Positions 1 through 12,419 of a stretch of DNA of 64,000 nt are shown piece after piece. The notes under the pieces are model-generated. The model ran no database searches and was not told where the DNA came from. It was given only the letters and a program-made list of their open reading frames with translations. This DNA is from Vicugna vicugna (Eukaryota): positions 3,472,001 through 3,536,000 of the forward strand of contig MU058221.1 in assembly GCA_013265495.1 (NCBI GenBank). Reading direction: 5' to 3'. Position 1 is the first letter of the stretch; every line of letters begins with the position of its first letter. The position numbers and the translations under genes were made by a program.

Positions 1-86
1 GCTGAGCTGTACACTTCAAAACGATTAAGGTGGTACATTTTACATTATGTGTATTTTACCACAGTTTTAAAAATTAAAAAAAAAAG
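1..86 (+). mobile_element. 3' terminus of an old LINE-1 (L1MB/L1MA-like), cut by window edge
   Basis: ctgtacacttcaaaa...ggtacattttacattatgtgtattttaccaca followed by an A-rich tail resembles the typical L1M 3' end. Confidence 0.6.
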
Positions 87-261
87 TATTTACTGAGGAA
101 AACAATTCAGTGCACAGGAATATTTAAAATTTCATTAGAGCTATATTTTATTAGATTTTTTTCTGAACTTCATATTCTATATTAGAATATTCTATATCTG
201 TACATGTTCTATGCTCCATATACATGATAGTCTATATTCCTCACATTAAAAGGAAATAATT

Positions 262-372
262 ACTGTTTCACTGGGCAGATAAAAGAAGCAGGAATTGGAA
301 GAGTAAGTCACCAAAGATCATAACGCTCAAAAAGCATGAGCAGGATGCAAATCAGGGCTGTGTCTGAGATCC
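262..372 (-). mobile_element. MIR fragment
   Basis: Degenerate match to reverse MIR core (cagataaaagaagca...gtaagtcaccaaagatcata...gcaggatgcaaatcagggctgtgtctga). Confidence 0.4.
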
Positions 373-1436
373 ACTTACAGAGAGAAGTGAGGCTCACGTG
401 TTAAGCCAAGCTACTTGGTTGCTGCAAAACCCTCCCCCCACCACCGCCTTGCCTGCATCATGCTACCACTTACAACAGACAACACTGAACAAAACAAAAA
501 CAACTCACTCCGGAGCGAAAGTGAGAGACATAACAGGCAGTATTGAGAGTCAAAATTAGCATCATCAGCTACTTAAGAAGAAGCAACAGAACACATGGGA
601 AAACCACTACCGTTCTCCAGGACGAAAACTGGGCGAACCTTTGGGCTGGAAAGACTGACAGTTGGGCGCCCAAGAGCCATCCGCCACCAACCCACACAGC
701 CTGGAACTTTGAGCAGTGTCGTCTTCTGAACATGAATGTCAGTGATATCTCTGCATTAAGGCAAAAATGTCAGCCGGAAATAAATTGTTCACCTCGCTTG
801 GATCCAAATGTCAGTGTGTTTACACGTTCTGTGCTTTGGGCTGTGTCATTGGCGGCTTAGTGTGCAAGCTGACACATTCTTTGTTGGTCTTGCTGACGTG
901 CTAGATCAGGTCCTGTGACTGTGGCAGCTTTAAAATTATGCTTAGGAAATATCGGTGCTGGAAAACTAGGCTATTTAGACAAGGAATAGTTCCTTTAAAA
1001 AAAAAACAGAGTAAACTAAATAGGTTTTTGCCTTAAAGACATTTATAAGATCAAGGTAGGACAATGCATTTTTGCCTCCAGCCAATTTGTCAAACTTATA
1101 AGACAGAAAAAAAAAACAGCAAATGAAACATTTCCCTGTATTTTTGGAATTTAAGGAGCTTGCTATGATAATGTGTAATCTTCACCTGGACTCTTCACTC
1201 AAAGCTTTAGATCATTGGCCGTCTCTGCTTCCCATCTTCTTCCCTCGCCAACCTCAACATCACACCATGAGAAAGAGAAAAGTAGGGGTGATTAAGTGTA
1301 CCCAAGGGGTAAGTGACAAATGAGCCAGGAACAGAAGGAGAAACTGAGGTTAAGGGCAGTGAATCTAGAGCTTGTTTATGTGCCAGTTGGAAATTGGTTG
1401 AGTAGAGAAGAATGCAATGATGTAAAAAGGAGATGG

Positions 1437-1518
1437 CAGATGATGGATGGATGGATAGATATAGATAGATAGATGGATAGTTAGATAGAAAGAAAGATAG
1501 GCAGACAGACAGACAGAC
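1437..1518. repeat. Compound (GGAT)/(AGAT)/(AGAC) tetranucleotide microsatellite
   Basis: Directly visible; abuts the MLT2 LTR. Confidence 0.85.
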
Positions 1519-1519
1519 A

Positions 1520-1920
1520 ATTTCTTGTAAGGAATTGGCTCATGTGATTACAGAGCCTGAGAAGTCCCGAGATCTGCAGTCGACAAGCTGGACCCCCAGG
1601 AGAGTCAGTGTTTAGTTCCGGTCTTGTCCAAAGCCCTGAGGACCAAGGAAGCCAGTCGTGTAAGTTCTAGTCCAAAAGCCGGCAGGCCCAAGACCCAAGA
1701 AAAGCCAGTGTTTCAGTCTGAGTCTGAGGACGGAAGATCGGAGTCTCAGTCCAGCAGGCGGGTGGAAGAACTTCTCTCTCATTCAGCCTCTGTGTTCTGC
1801 TCGGGTCTTCAGCTGCTCGGGTGGCGCTCCACCCACCTGAGGGAAGGCAGCGTGCTCTGTTCTGTCTATGGACGTGGATATTAATCTCATCCAGTATCAC
1901 CCTCATCGACACATTGAAAT
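1520..1920 (-). mobile_element. MLT2B-like ERV-L LTR
   Basis: aaggaattggctcatgtgatt...gagaagtcccgagatctgcagtc...ttaatctcatccag...caccctca matches recalled reverse MLT2B consensus. Confidence 0.8.
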
Positions 1921-1947
1921 ACTGTCTTAGTTTCTTAATTTTATCTT

Positions 1948-3397
1948 TTTTTAACATTTTTTATTGATTTATAATCATTTTACAATGTTGTGTCAAATTC
2001 CAGTGTTCAGCACAATTTTTCAGTCATTCATGGACATATACACATTTTTTTCTCTGTGAGTTATCATAACATTTTGTGTATATTTCCCTGTGCTATACAG
2101 TGTAATCTTGTTTATCTATTCTACAGTTTTGAAATCCTAGTCTATCCCTTCCCACCTTACACCCCCCCTGGTAACCATAAGTCTGTATTCTCTGTCTGTG
2201 AGTCTATTTCTGTCCTATATTTATGCTTTGTTTTTGTTTGTTTGTTTGTTTTTGTTTTTGCTTTTTAGATTCCACATGTGAGCGATCTCATATGGTATTT
2301 TTCTTTCTCTTTCTGCCTTTCTTCACTTAGAATGACATTCTCTAGAAGCATCTATGTTGCTGCAAATGGCATTATGTTGTCAGTTTTTATGGAATACTGA
2401 GTAGTATTCCATTGTATAAATATACCACATCTTCTTTATCCAGTCACCTGTTGATGGACATTTAGGCTGTTTCCATGTTTTGGCTATTGTAAATAGTGCT
2501 GCTGTGAACATTGGGGTGCAGGTGTCATCCTGAAGTAGATTTCCTTCTGGGTACAAGCCCAGGAGTGGGATTCCTGGGTCATATGGTAAGTCTATTCCTA
2601 GTCTTTTGATGAATCTCCATACTCTTTTCCACAGTGGCTGCACCAAACTGCATTCCCACTAGCAGTGTAGGAGGGTTCCCCTTTCTCCACAGCCTCTCCA
2701 GCATTTGTCATTTGTGGATTTTTGAATGACGGCCATTCTGACTGGTGTGAGGTGATACCTCATTGTAGTTTTGATTTGCATTTCTCTGATAATTAGTGAT
2801 ATTGAGCATTTTTTCATGTGCTTTTTGATCATTTGTATGTCTTCCTTGGAGAATTGCTTGTTTAGGTCTTCTGCCCATTTTTGGATTGGGTTGCTTATTT
2901 TTTTCTTATTGAGTCGTATGAGCTGCTTATATATTTTGGAGATCAAGCCTTTGTCGGTTTCACTTGCAAAAATTTTCTCCCATTCCGTAGGTTTTCTTCT
3001 TGTTTTACTTCTGGTTTCCTTTGCTGTGCAGAAGCTTGTAAGTTTCATTAGGTCCCATTTGTTTATTCTTGCTTTTATTTCTTCTAGGAGAAAATTTTTG
3101 AAATGTATGTCAGATAATGTTTTGCCTATGTTTTCCTCTAGGAGGTTTATTGTATCTTGTCTTATGTTTAAGTCTTTAATCCATTTTGAGTTGATTTTTG
3201 TATATGGTGTAAGGGAGTGTTCTAGCTTCATTGTTTTACATGCTGCTGTCCAGTTTTCCCAGCACCATTTGCTGAAGAGACTGTCTTTATTCCATTGTAT
3301 ATTCTTGCCTCCTTTGTCGAAGATGAGTTGACCAAAGGTTTGTGGGTTCATTTCTGGGCTCTGTATTCTGTTCCATTGGTCTATATGTCTGTTTTGG
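1948..3397 (-). mobile_element. Young 5'-truncated LINE-1 (~1.45 kb) with 15-bp TSD
   Basis: T-rich tail at left, 3'UTR and ORF2 C-terminus; perfect TSD tcttaattttatctt at 1933-1947 and 3398-3412. Confidence 0.95.
2265..3397 (-). pseudogene. L1 ORF2p C-terminal fragment, disrupted
   Basis: ORFs 2659-3351 and 2380-2646 give [56 protein letters not shown]. In-frame TAG at 2659-2661 in the cysteine-rich motif; frameshift near 2392; native CGI-stop at 2265-2267. Confidence 0.93.
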
Positions 3398-4779
3398 TCT
3401 TAATTTTATCTTGAATTATTCTTGGAGTCCTTAATTTGTCATTACAGTTTAAAATTCCAGACATCCTTTTAAATTCTTTTCTATAATTATCCCATTTTCT
3501 GGTGAACATTCCTATTTTCTGATTAAAGTATCCATCCTGTCCTTTATTTCCTCAAACCTAACAGCCGTTTGTTTTGCATGTCTGCACTTCTGTTACCTGG
3601 TTCCGCGGTGGGTCTTTTCTGAGATGCCCCAGTAGGCCCTCCACTCCCAATTTCTGTACCACCTGCTCCTCAAAGCTACCAAATGTTCTGCTCATCTTTT
3701 AACCACTATGTTCAGCTTTAGCATTTGCCTCCAGGGGAGAGGCAAAAGTTGGCAATCCTCTATATTTCCCTCTGTCTTGCTTGAAGCCATACTTCATCAC
3801 TGCTCTGGGTAGCTCTCCAGAGCTTTCAAAAGTGTGCTTTAATTTTTGTCTCATTTTTCTAGTTGGGAAGTTTGGGGCAGACCAACCTAAGTGTGCTCCT
3901 GCCGGAGATGGAAGCTCCTCCCTGTCATTTAAAGAGCTGATCCCTCTGCATCTGTAGTCTTAGCCAGATACGATTTTAAATCTTTCGTTTCAAAACAAAG
4001 CAAAAATATAATCGTATAAAAAAGGGAAGATACGTTCGCAAAAGCAGCATTTTCTTAAAACTTTCCTACTGTTAACATCTTATCTAATTAGAGAACTGTC
4101 ACTTTGCGTGATCTTAACACATTGCGCTTTTTTCTCCTGGAAGCTAAAAACTGACCTTTGACAAAGCCGCCACATTTCTTAAAACATTTTTAACTTAAAA
4201 ATACAGAATGTTTTAAACAGAGCTGTGGTGAAATGGTGAAGTTGGTTCTAATTTATCATATCAAAGAAAAACCTATAATTATTACTAGTTAGGTGGCCAA
4301 GATGGATGGGGCAGTTACGGAAAACTAGTGTCTCTACCACTGATGGACTGGAAGTTGTGAATGTTGATTTAAATAACAATTTCAAGAAAACAAAAGTCAA
4401 CTTGTTCACTGCACTCAGTCACTTTGTTAAGTCTGTCTGTGACAATCAAATATTCAGAAAGTAATGGATGTGTTCGCAGACACACAAGCGCATATATACA
4501 ATCTCAAGAAATTTTCTGAAGTACAAGGTGATAGGGACCCTGAATATATTTTTAATCAACCATGTTGTTAGCCTAATGGTGTTGACCACATCTGACTGCT
4601 AAATCTGCACCCTGAGTGATGACGGTGTCCTGCTAAGGCGCTCGTGTGGCCGTGAATCATTAGCCAGCAATGAGTAATTCCAGACCTTGGCAGAATTCAC
4701 AGCTGATCCAGGATTTCTTACAAATGCAAATATTTTCAGAGTCTGTGCCTTCAGCATTTTTCTGTCTGTCACATAGTCA

Positions 4780-5256
4780 CATCCTGGCCCACTGTAGTTT
4801 CCAAAAATGGTTACAGAAACATTTCCCCTCCCCTCTTTCCTTTTGCCATGTGACCTTGTAACTTCCCCGTTATCAAGAGCTGAAGTTAATACCTTTACTC
4901 CCTACAATCTAAGGGTTTTGAAACGATAGAATAAGGAAGAAGTGGGGCTTTGGCATTCGTGCGTAGAGCCAGCCCTTCACTGGCTTGGAAACTCCTGCTT
5001 CTTGCCTTTTGAAAAACTAGCAGCAATGCTGTGCAAACCCAGGCCACACGGAGCGGCCCCACGGGGGTGCTGTGTTGCTGGCTGCTCCTGAGTTTGACAG
5101 CGACAGCGAGCATCAGCTGGGAGGCAGCCGTGTGGCAGGTGCTGCAGGGGCAGACCGTCAGCTCGCACCAGACACAGCTGCCAGGTAACCCCAGTCACTT
5201 AACAGACCCCAGCTGGACCCAGTAACCAACAGAGCCATGAAAGACAATAAGATATT
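4780..5256 (+). mobile_element. MaLR LTR (MLT1G/H-like)
   Basis: tttccaaaaatgg...tgtgaccttg...atcaagag start and cccagt...acagagccatgaaagacaataa end resemble MLT1 LTRs. Confidence 0.55.
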
Positions 5257-5336
5257 GTGTGTGTGTGTGAGTGTGTGTGTGTGTGTGTGTGTGTATTTCC
5301 ATTTTGAGACTCACAGATGTAGAAAACAAACCTGTG

Positions 5337-5386
<50 letters not shown>

Positions 5387-5433
5387 GTGTGATTCCATTT
5401 TGAGACTCACAGATGTAGAAAACAAACCTGTGG
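5256..5433. repeat. Tandem duplication: two (TG)n tracts each followed by an identical 41-bp sequence
   Basis: ttccattttgagactcacagatgtagaaaacaaacctgtgg at 5297-5337 and 5393-5433. Confidence 0.95.
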
Positions 5434-5494
5434 TACCAGGATGGGAAGGGGATGGGAAGGGATAAATTAGGAGTTTGGAATTTGCAGATTCTAA
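5403..5494 (+). mobile_element. L1 3'UTR fragment
   Basis: agactcacagatgtagaaaacaaac...gggataaattaggagtttggaatttgcaga; homologous to L1 3'UTRs at 43758 and 59040-59120. Confidence 0.8.
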
Positions 5495-5802
5495 CTCCTA
5501 TGTATCCCTTCTCATCCCCTTTCCCCACTGGTAACCGTAAGTTTGTTCTCTGCATCTATGAGTCTGTTTCTATTTTGTAGAAAAGTTAATTTGTGTCCTT
5601 TTTTTTTTTTCTTCATATGGTATTTTTCTTTCTCTTTCTGGCTTACTTCACTTGGAATGACATTCTCCAGGTCCATTCATGTTGCTGCAAATGGTATTAT
5701 TTTATTCTTTTTTATGGGTGAGTCATATTCCATTGTATAAATATACCACAGCTTCTTTATCTAGTCATCTGTCGATGGACATTTGGGTTGGTTCCATGTC
5801 TA
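5495..5802 (-). mobile_element. L1 ORF2-end/3'UTR fragment
   Basis: ctggcttacttcacttggaatgacattctccagg...gatggacatttgggttggttccatgtct, homologous to 2300-2480. Confidence 0.85.
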
Positions 5803-5819
5803 GTTTCTGTTGTACTGTT

Positions 5820-6270
5820 GTTTTTCCCTCCCCTGGTGTGTGGGCTGGACTTCTTGACTCATTTCTTATGAAAAGAATGAAGCATAACTTAACAGTGTAT
5901 AACACAGAGGCAAAGCTATAAAGAAGTACTGTGTTGTCTGTCTTGATTTCTCTCCCTCTCTCTCTGGGAAGATAAGCTTACATGCCTTGAGGGCACTAAG
6001 GCAGCCCTTAGATGAGACCATATAACAAAAACTCCAGCCTCCCAGCCGGCAGCCAGGGGAGCAAGCCCTCGGGGCAGGGGCTACTCAATCTTCAGATGCC
6101 TGCAGTCCAGCAGAGGGCTTGTCTGAAACCTTATCAGAGACCCCAAGCCAGACACGCCCATCTCAGCCTCTCTGGAATTCCTGACTCCAGGAAGCTGTAA
6201 GATGATAAATGCATATTGTCTTAAGCCACTGCATTTTGGGATAATCTGTTCTGTACCAATCAATAATTCC
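5820..6270 (+). mobile_element. MaLR LTR (MLT1F-like)
   Basis: tgggctggacttcttgactc...attcctgactccaggaagctgtaagatgataaatgcatattgtcttaagccactgcattttgggataatctgtt, typical MLT1 3' end. Confidence 0.7.
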
Positions 6271-8386
6271 AATTTCACATCTTTTCATGGTTTAAAAAAA
6301 AAAAAACAGGAGGCTGAGGAACATTTATCTTTGCATGTATATCTGTTTAGTACTCGCTCAGCAAGCAGAGTGAATTCGAAGGCAGCTAGATGTGACCTTT
6401 CAAATATTGTTCCATAGGGCTACTCGTTTGTACTAAAACTGGTATCTAACCATTACATTATAACTATTTTCTTAGTGCTCTATAAATAGTATTAAAGTTT
6501 CTACTCTACCCATTGCAACGTCTCAACCGTTATTTCTGCCTTTGAATACTTACTGTGTGAATCCCTGACACAGAGACGAAATAGCTAGTAAGCACTTTTT
6601 CAGCCCCTGTTTCGTAGCAGATTGGATTTAGAAATAGTTACGATTTGTACTCACTGTACCCTAGTCATTCCACAGAGTTCTCATTTCTTTGACTTTTTTG
6701 TGAAACTTAATTATTTTCAGTTTATCTCTAATTTTTAAAAAAATTTTAAATTAATTACCTCTAAGAATTTTTACCTAATTATATTCAGTGTATCCTCAGG
6801 TGTGTGCCTGGCTGTGTAGCAAGGTGAACGAGTTTCCTGGAATCATGGCATAGTAAGATGAGGATGCTCTAGGCAAAATGACCTTGAACGTGGGCTGTTT
6901 CCTCAGAAGGCAGAGTTAGAAGAAGCACTTAAGGGTCTCTATTGTGATTAATTAATTAGCGGTGGCAGTACTTACAGAAATTCCTCTGATCGTCTCGATG
7001 TGGCAGTGGTGAGGGCGATCCTGGAAGGGCAGCAGAATGATAAATTAGAATAGGAGTTCCTTGAGGCTGTTGCTCTTACGTAACTTCCCGTAGTAGGTTG
7101 AAGGAGAGAAGGAAAGAGGAACGTGGGATGGCGATGAAACCTGGAAGCTGACATTTACGAAGCACTGGCTAAATGCCCATCACTTTGAAAACCTTTTACA
7201 TTGTTTCAAGTTTCCTCATAGGAATCTAAGGCAGATGAAATTATCCCAAATTTATGGGTGAGGAGGGAGAGTATTAGAAAGCCTAGGTGCAACGGACTCG
7301 TTCCCGCGACTAATAAAAACGAACTCAGTCTAAAACTGCGACGATTTACTCCAGGTTTTCCACATTTGAGTAGAGCTTGATGAGGAGGGCAGAAACCTGG
7401 CCGCAGGAAGAACCATCGAAGGTACCAGGAACATTTAACACAGAAGAGAGAAGATTTGGCAGAGTATCTGCAGGTGTCTGAATGATCATTGTTCTCAACA
7501 TAACGTAGGCACAGTTAAGCCCACCAACAGGTTTCTAAGCTACGAAAACAATAATTCAATAAGCAGATTGAAAAAGTTTTCTTAAGAAGAGGTGAGAAAT
7601 GTGTGGTGGCTGATTCCAACTCTAGCTCCCACTCCTAAGCTTTGACAACCAAAGGACTTCACATAGGTCCCTGGCTTCCCACGTTAGTTAGATTCGTGCA
7701 AACTAATCCACTTACCCAAGAAGAAACACAGGGATGGAGATTAAATTTCAGTGCACCGCTCACAGTACAAATTTATCCCTCCAAACTTTATGCTCCTCCC
7801 ACCTCAAGTCTATATTTCCTTTTCCTCCCGAATATCAGATGGTTTAATTTGGTTCTTAATTATTCAATGTCTGTATCCCATCTTCTGATTTCTTTAAGTT
7901 ATTCATCCTAGCGGGGACAGAAATCTCACATCCATCCATTCCTTCACTCAATAGTTGTTTGTTTTTTATTTTTTTCGGTCAGCCTGGTCACAGTATTTTT
8001 CTCTAAAGCTTTATGTATTAATAGATGGTTAAGAAAGATTCTTTGACCTTAAGGAACTCTCTGCCTAGAAAAAGAAACAGGCAAGTTAATAAAAAATTGC
8101 AATGCAGCGCCACAAATTGTATGATCGGTTAAAGTACAAGTGAGAAAAGGAGCCGAGGCACCTAATTGAAACTCGTGTCGTCAGGAAAGCCTTCAGAAGG
8201 AATTAGGACCTGAGCTGAATTGTAATAGGCATGTGAAGGGAAAGGCAGAGTATACTTTTCTTAAGACATGTAAGTGATAACAGGAGTATGCATGTGGCAG
8301 TGACTGAAGAGCTGATTTGCCTTTTTTTTTTTTTCCCTGCTGCGCATACGTTTCTGAGATGGGGAGGGTGACGGCAGGTCTTAGAG

Positions 8387-8609
8387 GAGTGGTTCTCAAC
8401 TGTGGGCAATTTTGCCACCCCCGTCCCCCACCGGGGAAACTTGTCAATGTTTGGAGACATTTCATGACTGGGGTAGGCATGCTGCCGGCATTTAGTGGGT
8501 ATACTTACCAAGAACGCTGCTAAACATCCTGCAGTACACGGGACAGGTCCTTGCCGACAAGGAACTGTCCAGCCTAAGATACTTACAGTGCCAAGGTCGA
8601 GAAACTCTG
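8387..8609 (+). mobile_element. MER20 (hAT-Charlie non-autonomous DNA transposon)
   Basis: Termini gagtggttctcaac / gtcgagaaactctg; internal gctgctaaacatcctgcagtacacgggacag; degenerate 8-bp TSD tcttagag / tcttaggt. Confidence 0.85.
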
Positions 8610-9099
8610 TCTTAGGTGCTTGAAAAAGTTTGAAGCCTCTGCTTTAGATCCAAATTGTCCTTGCAGACTTTCAAGCCAGAGAGTAAGGTGGTGAGACGCC
8701 CCTCTGTGCCTTGCCTCGGGTCACCCCGAGCTCTGCTGCGGGGACAGCAGGCACTGCACATGCTCCAGCAAGCTTGCCATTTTTATAAAGTGCCTTGGGT
8801 TTGCTCTGACCTTTCTGCATGGAAGACAACCTTACATTCCTAGTTCTCTTGGATTCTTCTTGTATTTTTTGATCTAGGCAAATGCGTTTCTTGATTAAGC
8901 ACACGATCAAGTGTATCTTCTTCCCAAATTAATGGTTCTCTTGACCAGAGTACTCACTCATTTGTTAACGCTCCGAAAGGAAATGTGCATTTCTCAGACT
9001 CCATAAATCATATAAACAGGGTTTTATATTCACCATTTAAATGGAGGTAAGTCATGATTTATCTGCAGCATTCTTGGTTTGTACTACAAATATATGAAC

Positions 9100-9212
9100 G
9101 TGAGTATATGTGTGTGTATATATATGTGTGTGTGTGTATATATACATAGACACACATTGCCCCCGGTCATGACGTATATACATATATATGCGTGTGTGTG
9201 TGTGTGTGTGTA
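9100..9212. repeat. Interrupted (TG)n/(TA)n microsatellite
   Basis: Directly visible. Confidence 0.8.
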
Positions 9213-9759
9213 TGGATGTGGCCAGGACTGGTAGCTCCAGCATTTCCTCAGGATCTCAGTTCGTTGTGGTCCCACCTTCACCCTAATTAGCATTAATAGT
9301 TGCTCCTGCAAGCATCATAACTTAGAATTCCAACATCTTTTAAAAACTATGTGTCCAAACATTACAACACAGAGCCCGTCTAACGCAAGTCCTCTATTTC
9401 CTGAGTCTTTCCAACTTGATCAAAGTTGACATTAACCTTTGGCATTTCATTTACTTAGGAATGAAAATCAATTCGTATTTTGTTCTCTTTTGTCATCTTA
9501 GCACGCAGTTGCACTTAACCTTGGCACCGTCACTGTGTGTGACTGTCTCAGCGTATCCATGCTAACAGGTGCAGAATATCTCATTCGGGTCTTGTGTGCT
9601 TCTTTGTGTTCTGGTAAGATTTTTGAACTTCTCGTTGATGATGAGGACGAAAATAAAAAGGTCAAGCGTGCAGTATAAAATAGAAGAACATTCTTTGTCT
9701 GCAGAAGTGATTGCAGATGTAGCTAGCGTGTGCTGGGCGTTTCGTCTGAATGGTCTGTG

Positions 9760-10285
9760 TATGCTGTGTGGCCTCTCCCGTAGTATGTTTTAAAGGTTCA
9801 TCCATGTTATAACATGTGTCAGTACTTCATTCCTTTTCAGACAAATAATATCTCACCGTGTGACGATAACACATTATTTTTCATCTGTTCATTAGTTGAT
9901 GGAAATTTGGGTTTGATCTGCCTTTTGGCCATTATGTACTGATTATGTGCTATTATGAACATTTGTGCACAAGGGTTGAGGGGGGTGTGTGTGTGTGTGT
10001 GAAAATATAGTTTCAGTTCTCTTGGGTATATAATAAGGGATAGAATTGCTAATTCCTATGGTAACTCTGTTTAATCTTTGGAGAAACTGCCAGGCTGTTT
10101 TCCAAAACACTTGCACCATTTTACGTTCCTCCTAGCAGTGCATGAGCCTTCCAGTTTTTCCAATATTCTCACCAAATCTTGAATGTAGCCATTGTAGTGT
10201 GCGCGCAATATTATTTCCAAGGTGGATAATATCATTGAACATCTTTTCACATATTTATTTGGCATTGGTGTATCTCCTTTAGATG
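9760..10285 (-). mobile_element. Old L1M ORF2-end/3' fragment
   Basis: aggttcatccatgtt...tatggtaactctgtttaatctttggagaaactgccaggctgttttccaaa...tagcagtg; contains an internal (GT)n. Confidence 0.75.
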
Positions 10286-11941
10286 ACCACTTACTTTGAC
10301 GATACAGTCAAATGACCGGCGGCGATGTGCGTCTGTGTATAGTAGCCTTTCAATTAAAAAAAAGAAAGCTGCTCTAACTTTTCCTGTTTCCTTAACTGTG
10401 ATATTTATCTTCAATACTCACTTTAAGTCTTTAAGAGTCTTTTAAGCCTTTAGAGTTAATACTTTATCAGAAAGTACTTAACTTTCAGTAGCATGTGCTT
10501 TCACTTACGCTCTGCTCAATGTAATGTGCTCAGTTTTAAGATCTGTCAAAGTCTAGGCACTGAGGATACAAGGCTGAATAAGACAGGCACTGATTCTTGG
10601 TTTCCTGGAGCTTAATAATTAATTAACAACTAATAAACAGTAATTAAAGGCGGACATAAATATCAACTGCTCACTTCTACGTTTTGTTACAAAATCGCTA
10701 CTTCGTGAAGTTTCACGTTGCTGTCACAGATTGAGGTAAAACAGGGGCCGTTGTCATCCACGTTTGGCGCAGTGCCACTCTGCACAGAAATCGTTTGAAG
10801 ACTTCAGCTCACCTCTTTTGAAATTAAACCTTCCAGAGAATGGCTGTACCGTGTATGATAGCAGTGATGGTTATTATTATTTATTATTTTTATTATTTAT
10901 TATTATTATTAATATTATTTACCATTTATTCACTATGCACCTAGTGTTGTGCTGAGCCCTTTACTTCAGCTTGTGCAGTTAATATTTTCAAAGACCCTAT
11001 AAGGTTGATATTTTTATACGAATTTTACTGTTGATGGAGTTGAGATGCAGAGAGACTAATTTCTTCCTTAAAGCCACTTGGACCTTAAATGACATAAGTG
11101 TTCCCATCAGGCAATTTCTTTCTTTCTCCTCACAACCGAAATTAACTATTCCAGCACACCTCAAATTCAATATCTATCGTGTAGACTTTCTTAACAGTTT
11201 AATCCACAGAATTGCAAAATGTATTCATTCAATAAAGGCTTCACTGAGTCTTTTATTAGGTACCAGATGCCATTTATATGCTGTGAACAAGAAGGGAAAT
11301 GAAGCATTGTGAGTGCCATGCTGGTAAAAGAGAGAAACTCGCCAAGACGTGTGAAAATGGAGAGAATGCGTTTCTACCAGAATAAAGCAGAGGGTCACTT
11401 TAAGCTCCAGAAAAGCAAAAATCAGTGCCGCCTTATTCAGCCCTGTGTCATCAGTGCCCACCCAGTGCCTGGCACAGAGTGAGTGCAGTCAACTCGTATT
11501 AACTCAAATTGAATAAAAAAAAAAATCCAGTGGTAAGAGAGGGGATTGATACTGACGAGTTTGAATTCAGTACCCAAGGGTTGATTTGGGGTCATGCCAA
11601 GCAAAAACAGGGAAGGACACTCCATACACAAAAGAAAAGGCGGAGACTCAAAGGAACGATCGTGTGCTCCTGTGTAGTTGTGAACAGCTGCAGGGGAAAA
11701 AAAGAAAGTTTGGACTGAATACCAGAGGTGAGGCTTCCAAAGATGTCTCGGGTCAGTTCAGGAAAGGTCTAGTATGTCAGTCTTGGGGGTTTGGGTTTTA
11801 TGCTAGAGGCTATGGTGAATTGCTGACGTGTTTTAAGCAAAAACTTTGAAAGATGGTGTTTGTGATTTAACACATCATTCTAGCCATCCTGTAGAAGACA
11901 GATGGAAACAGGGAAACCATTCTGGGAAACTGAACGGTGAC

Positions 11942-12225
11942 TGTCCTAGTTCCGCGGCTGTGGTAACATCCCGTGGGGCGGGCGGCTTCAGCGACAGGCT
12001 GTATTTCTCACAGTAGAGGAGACTGAGAAACCCAGATCAAGGTGCTGGCAGGTGGTTCTCGGTGAGGACCCCCTTCCTGGCTTGAAGATGGTCACCTGTG
12101 TCACTGTGTCCTCAAACGGCAGAGGGGAAACTCTGGGATCTCCTCCTCCTCCTCTTGTGAGAGCACCAAGCCCATCATGGGGTCCATCTTCTTGACCTTA
12201 TCTAAGCCTGGTTACCTCCCACAAG
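11942..12225 (-). mobile_element. MaLR LTR (MLT1A-like), truncated by an ERV1-like LTR fragment at ~12226-12320
   Basis: tatttctcacagt...agatcaaggtgctggcagg...tggtgaggacccccttcctggcttg...tgtgtcctca...atgggg...gaccttatctaa. Confidence 0.7.
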
Positions 12226-12419
12226 TCCGTCACGGAGGGGGGAGTTCCCCGGACCACCCCTACTGTGGCTGGACCAATAAAATTGACACAAAGCAGATTA
12301 ACGGGAGAAAAGAAACAAACTTTGACAACCTTGAACTTAATCTAAGATTCAAACCTATAGGGCCAAACCTGCAGATTTTAGAGGGCAGAACCGTCCTAAC
12401 TTATATAAAACATGACAGT

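Noticed and set aside
2771..3331. 186-aa hydrophobic plus-strand ORF
   Set aside because: Antisense shadow of L1 ORF2
8998..9046. Possible 49-nt exon ending GAG|GTAAGT
   Set aside because: Short pyrimidine tract, AT-rich, stops in two frames, no partner exons
10421..10455. Degenerate ctttaag(a)gt repeats
   Set aside because: Short, imperfect, low-complexity slippage product
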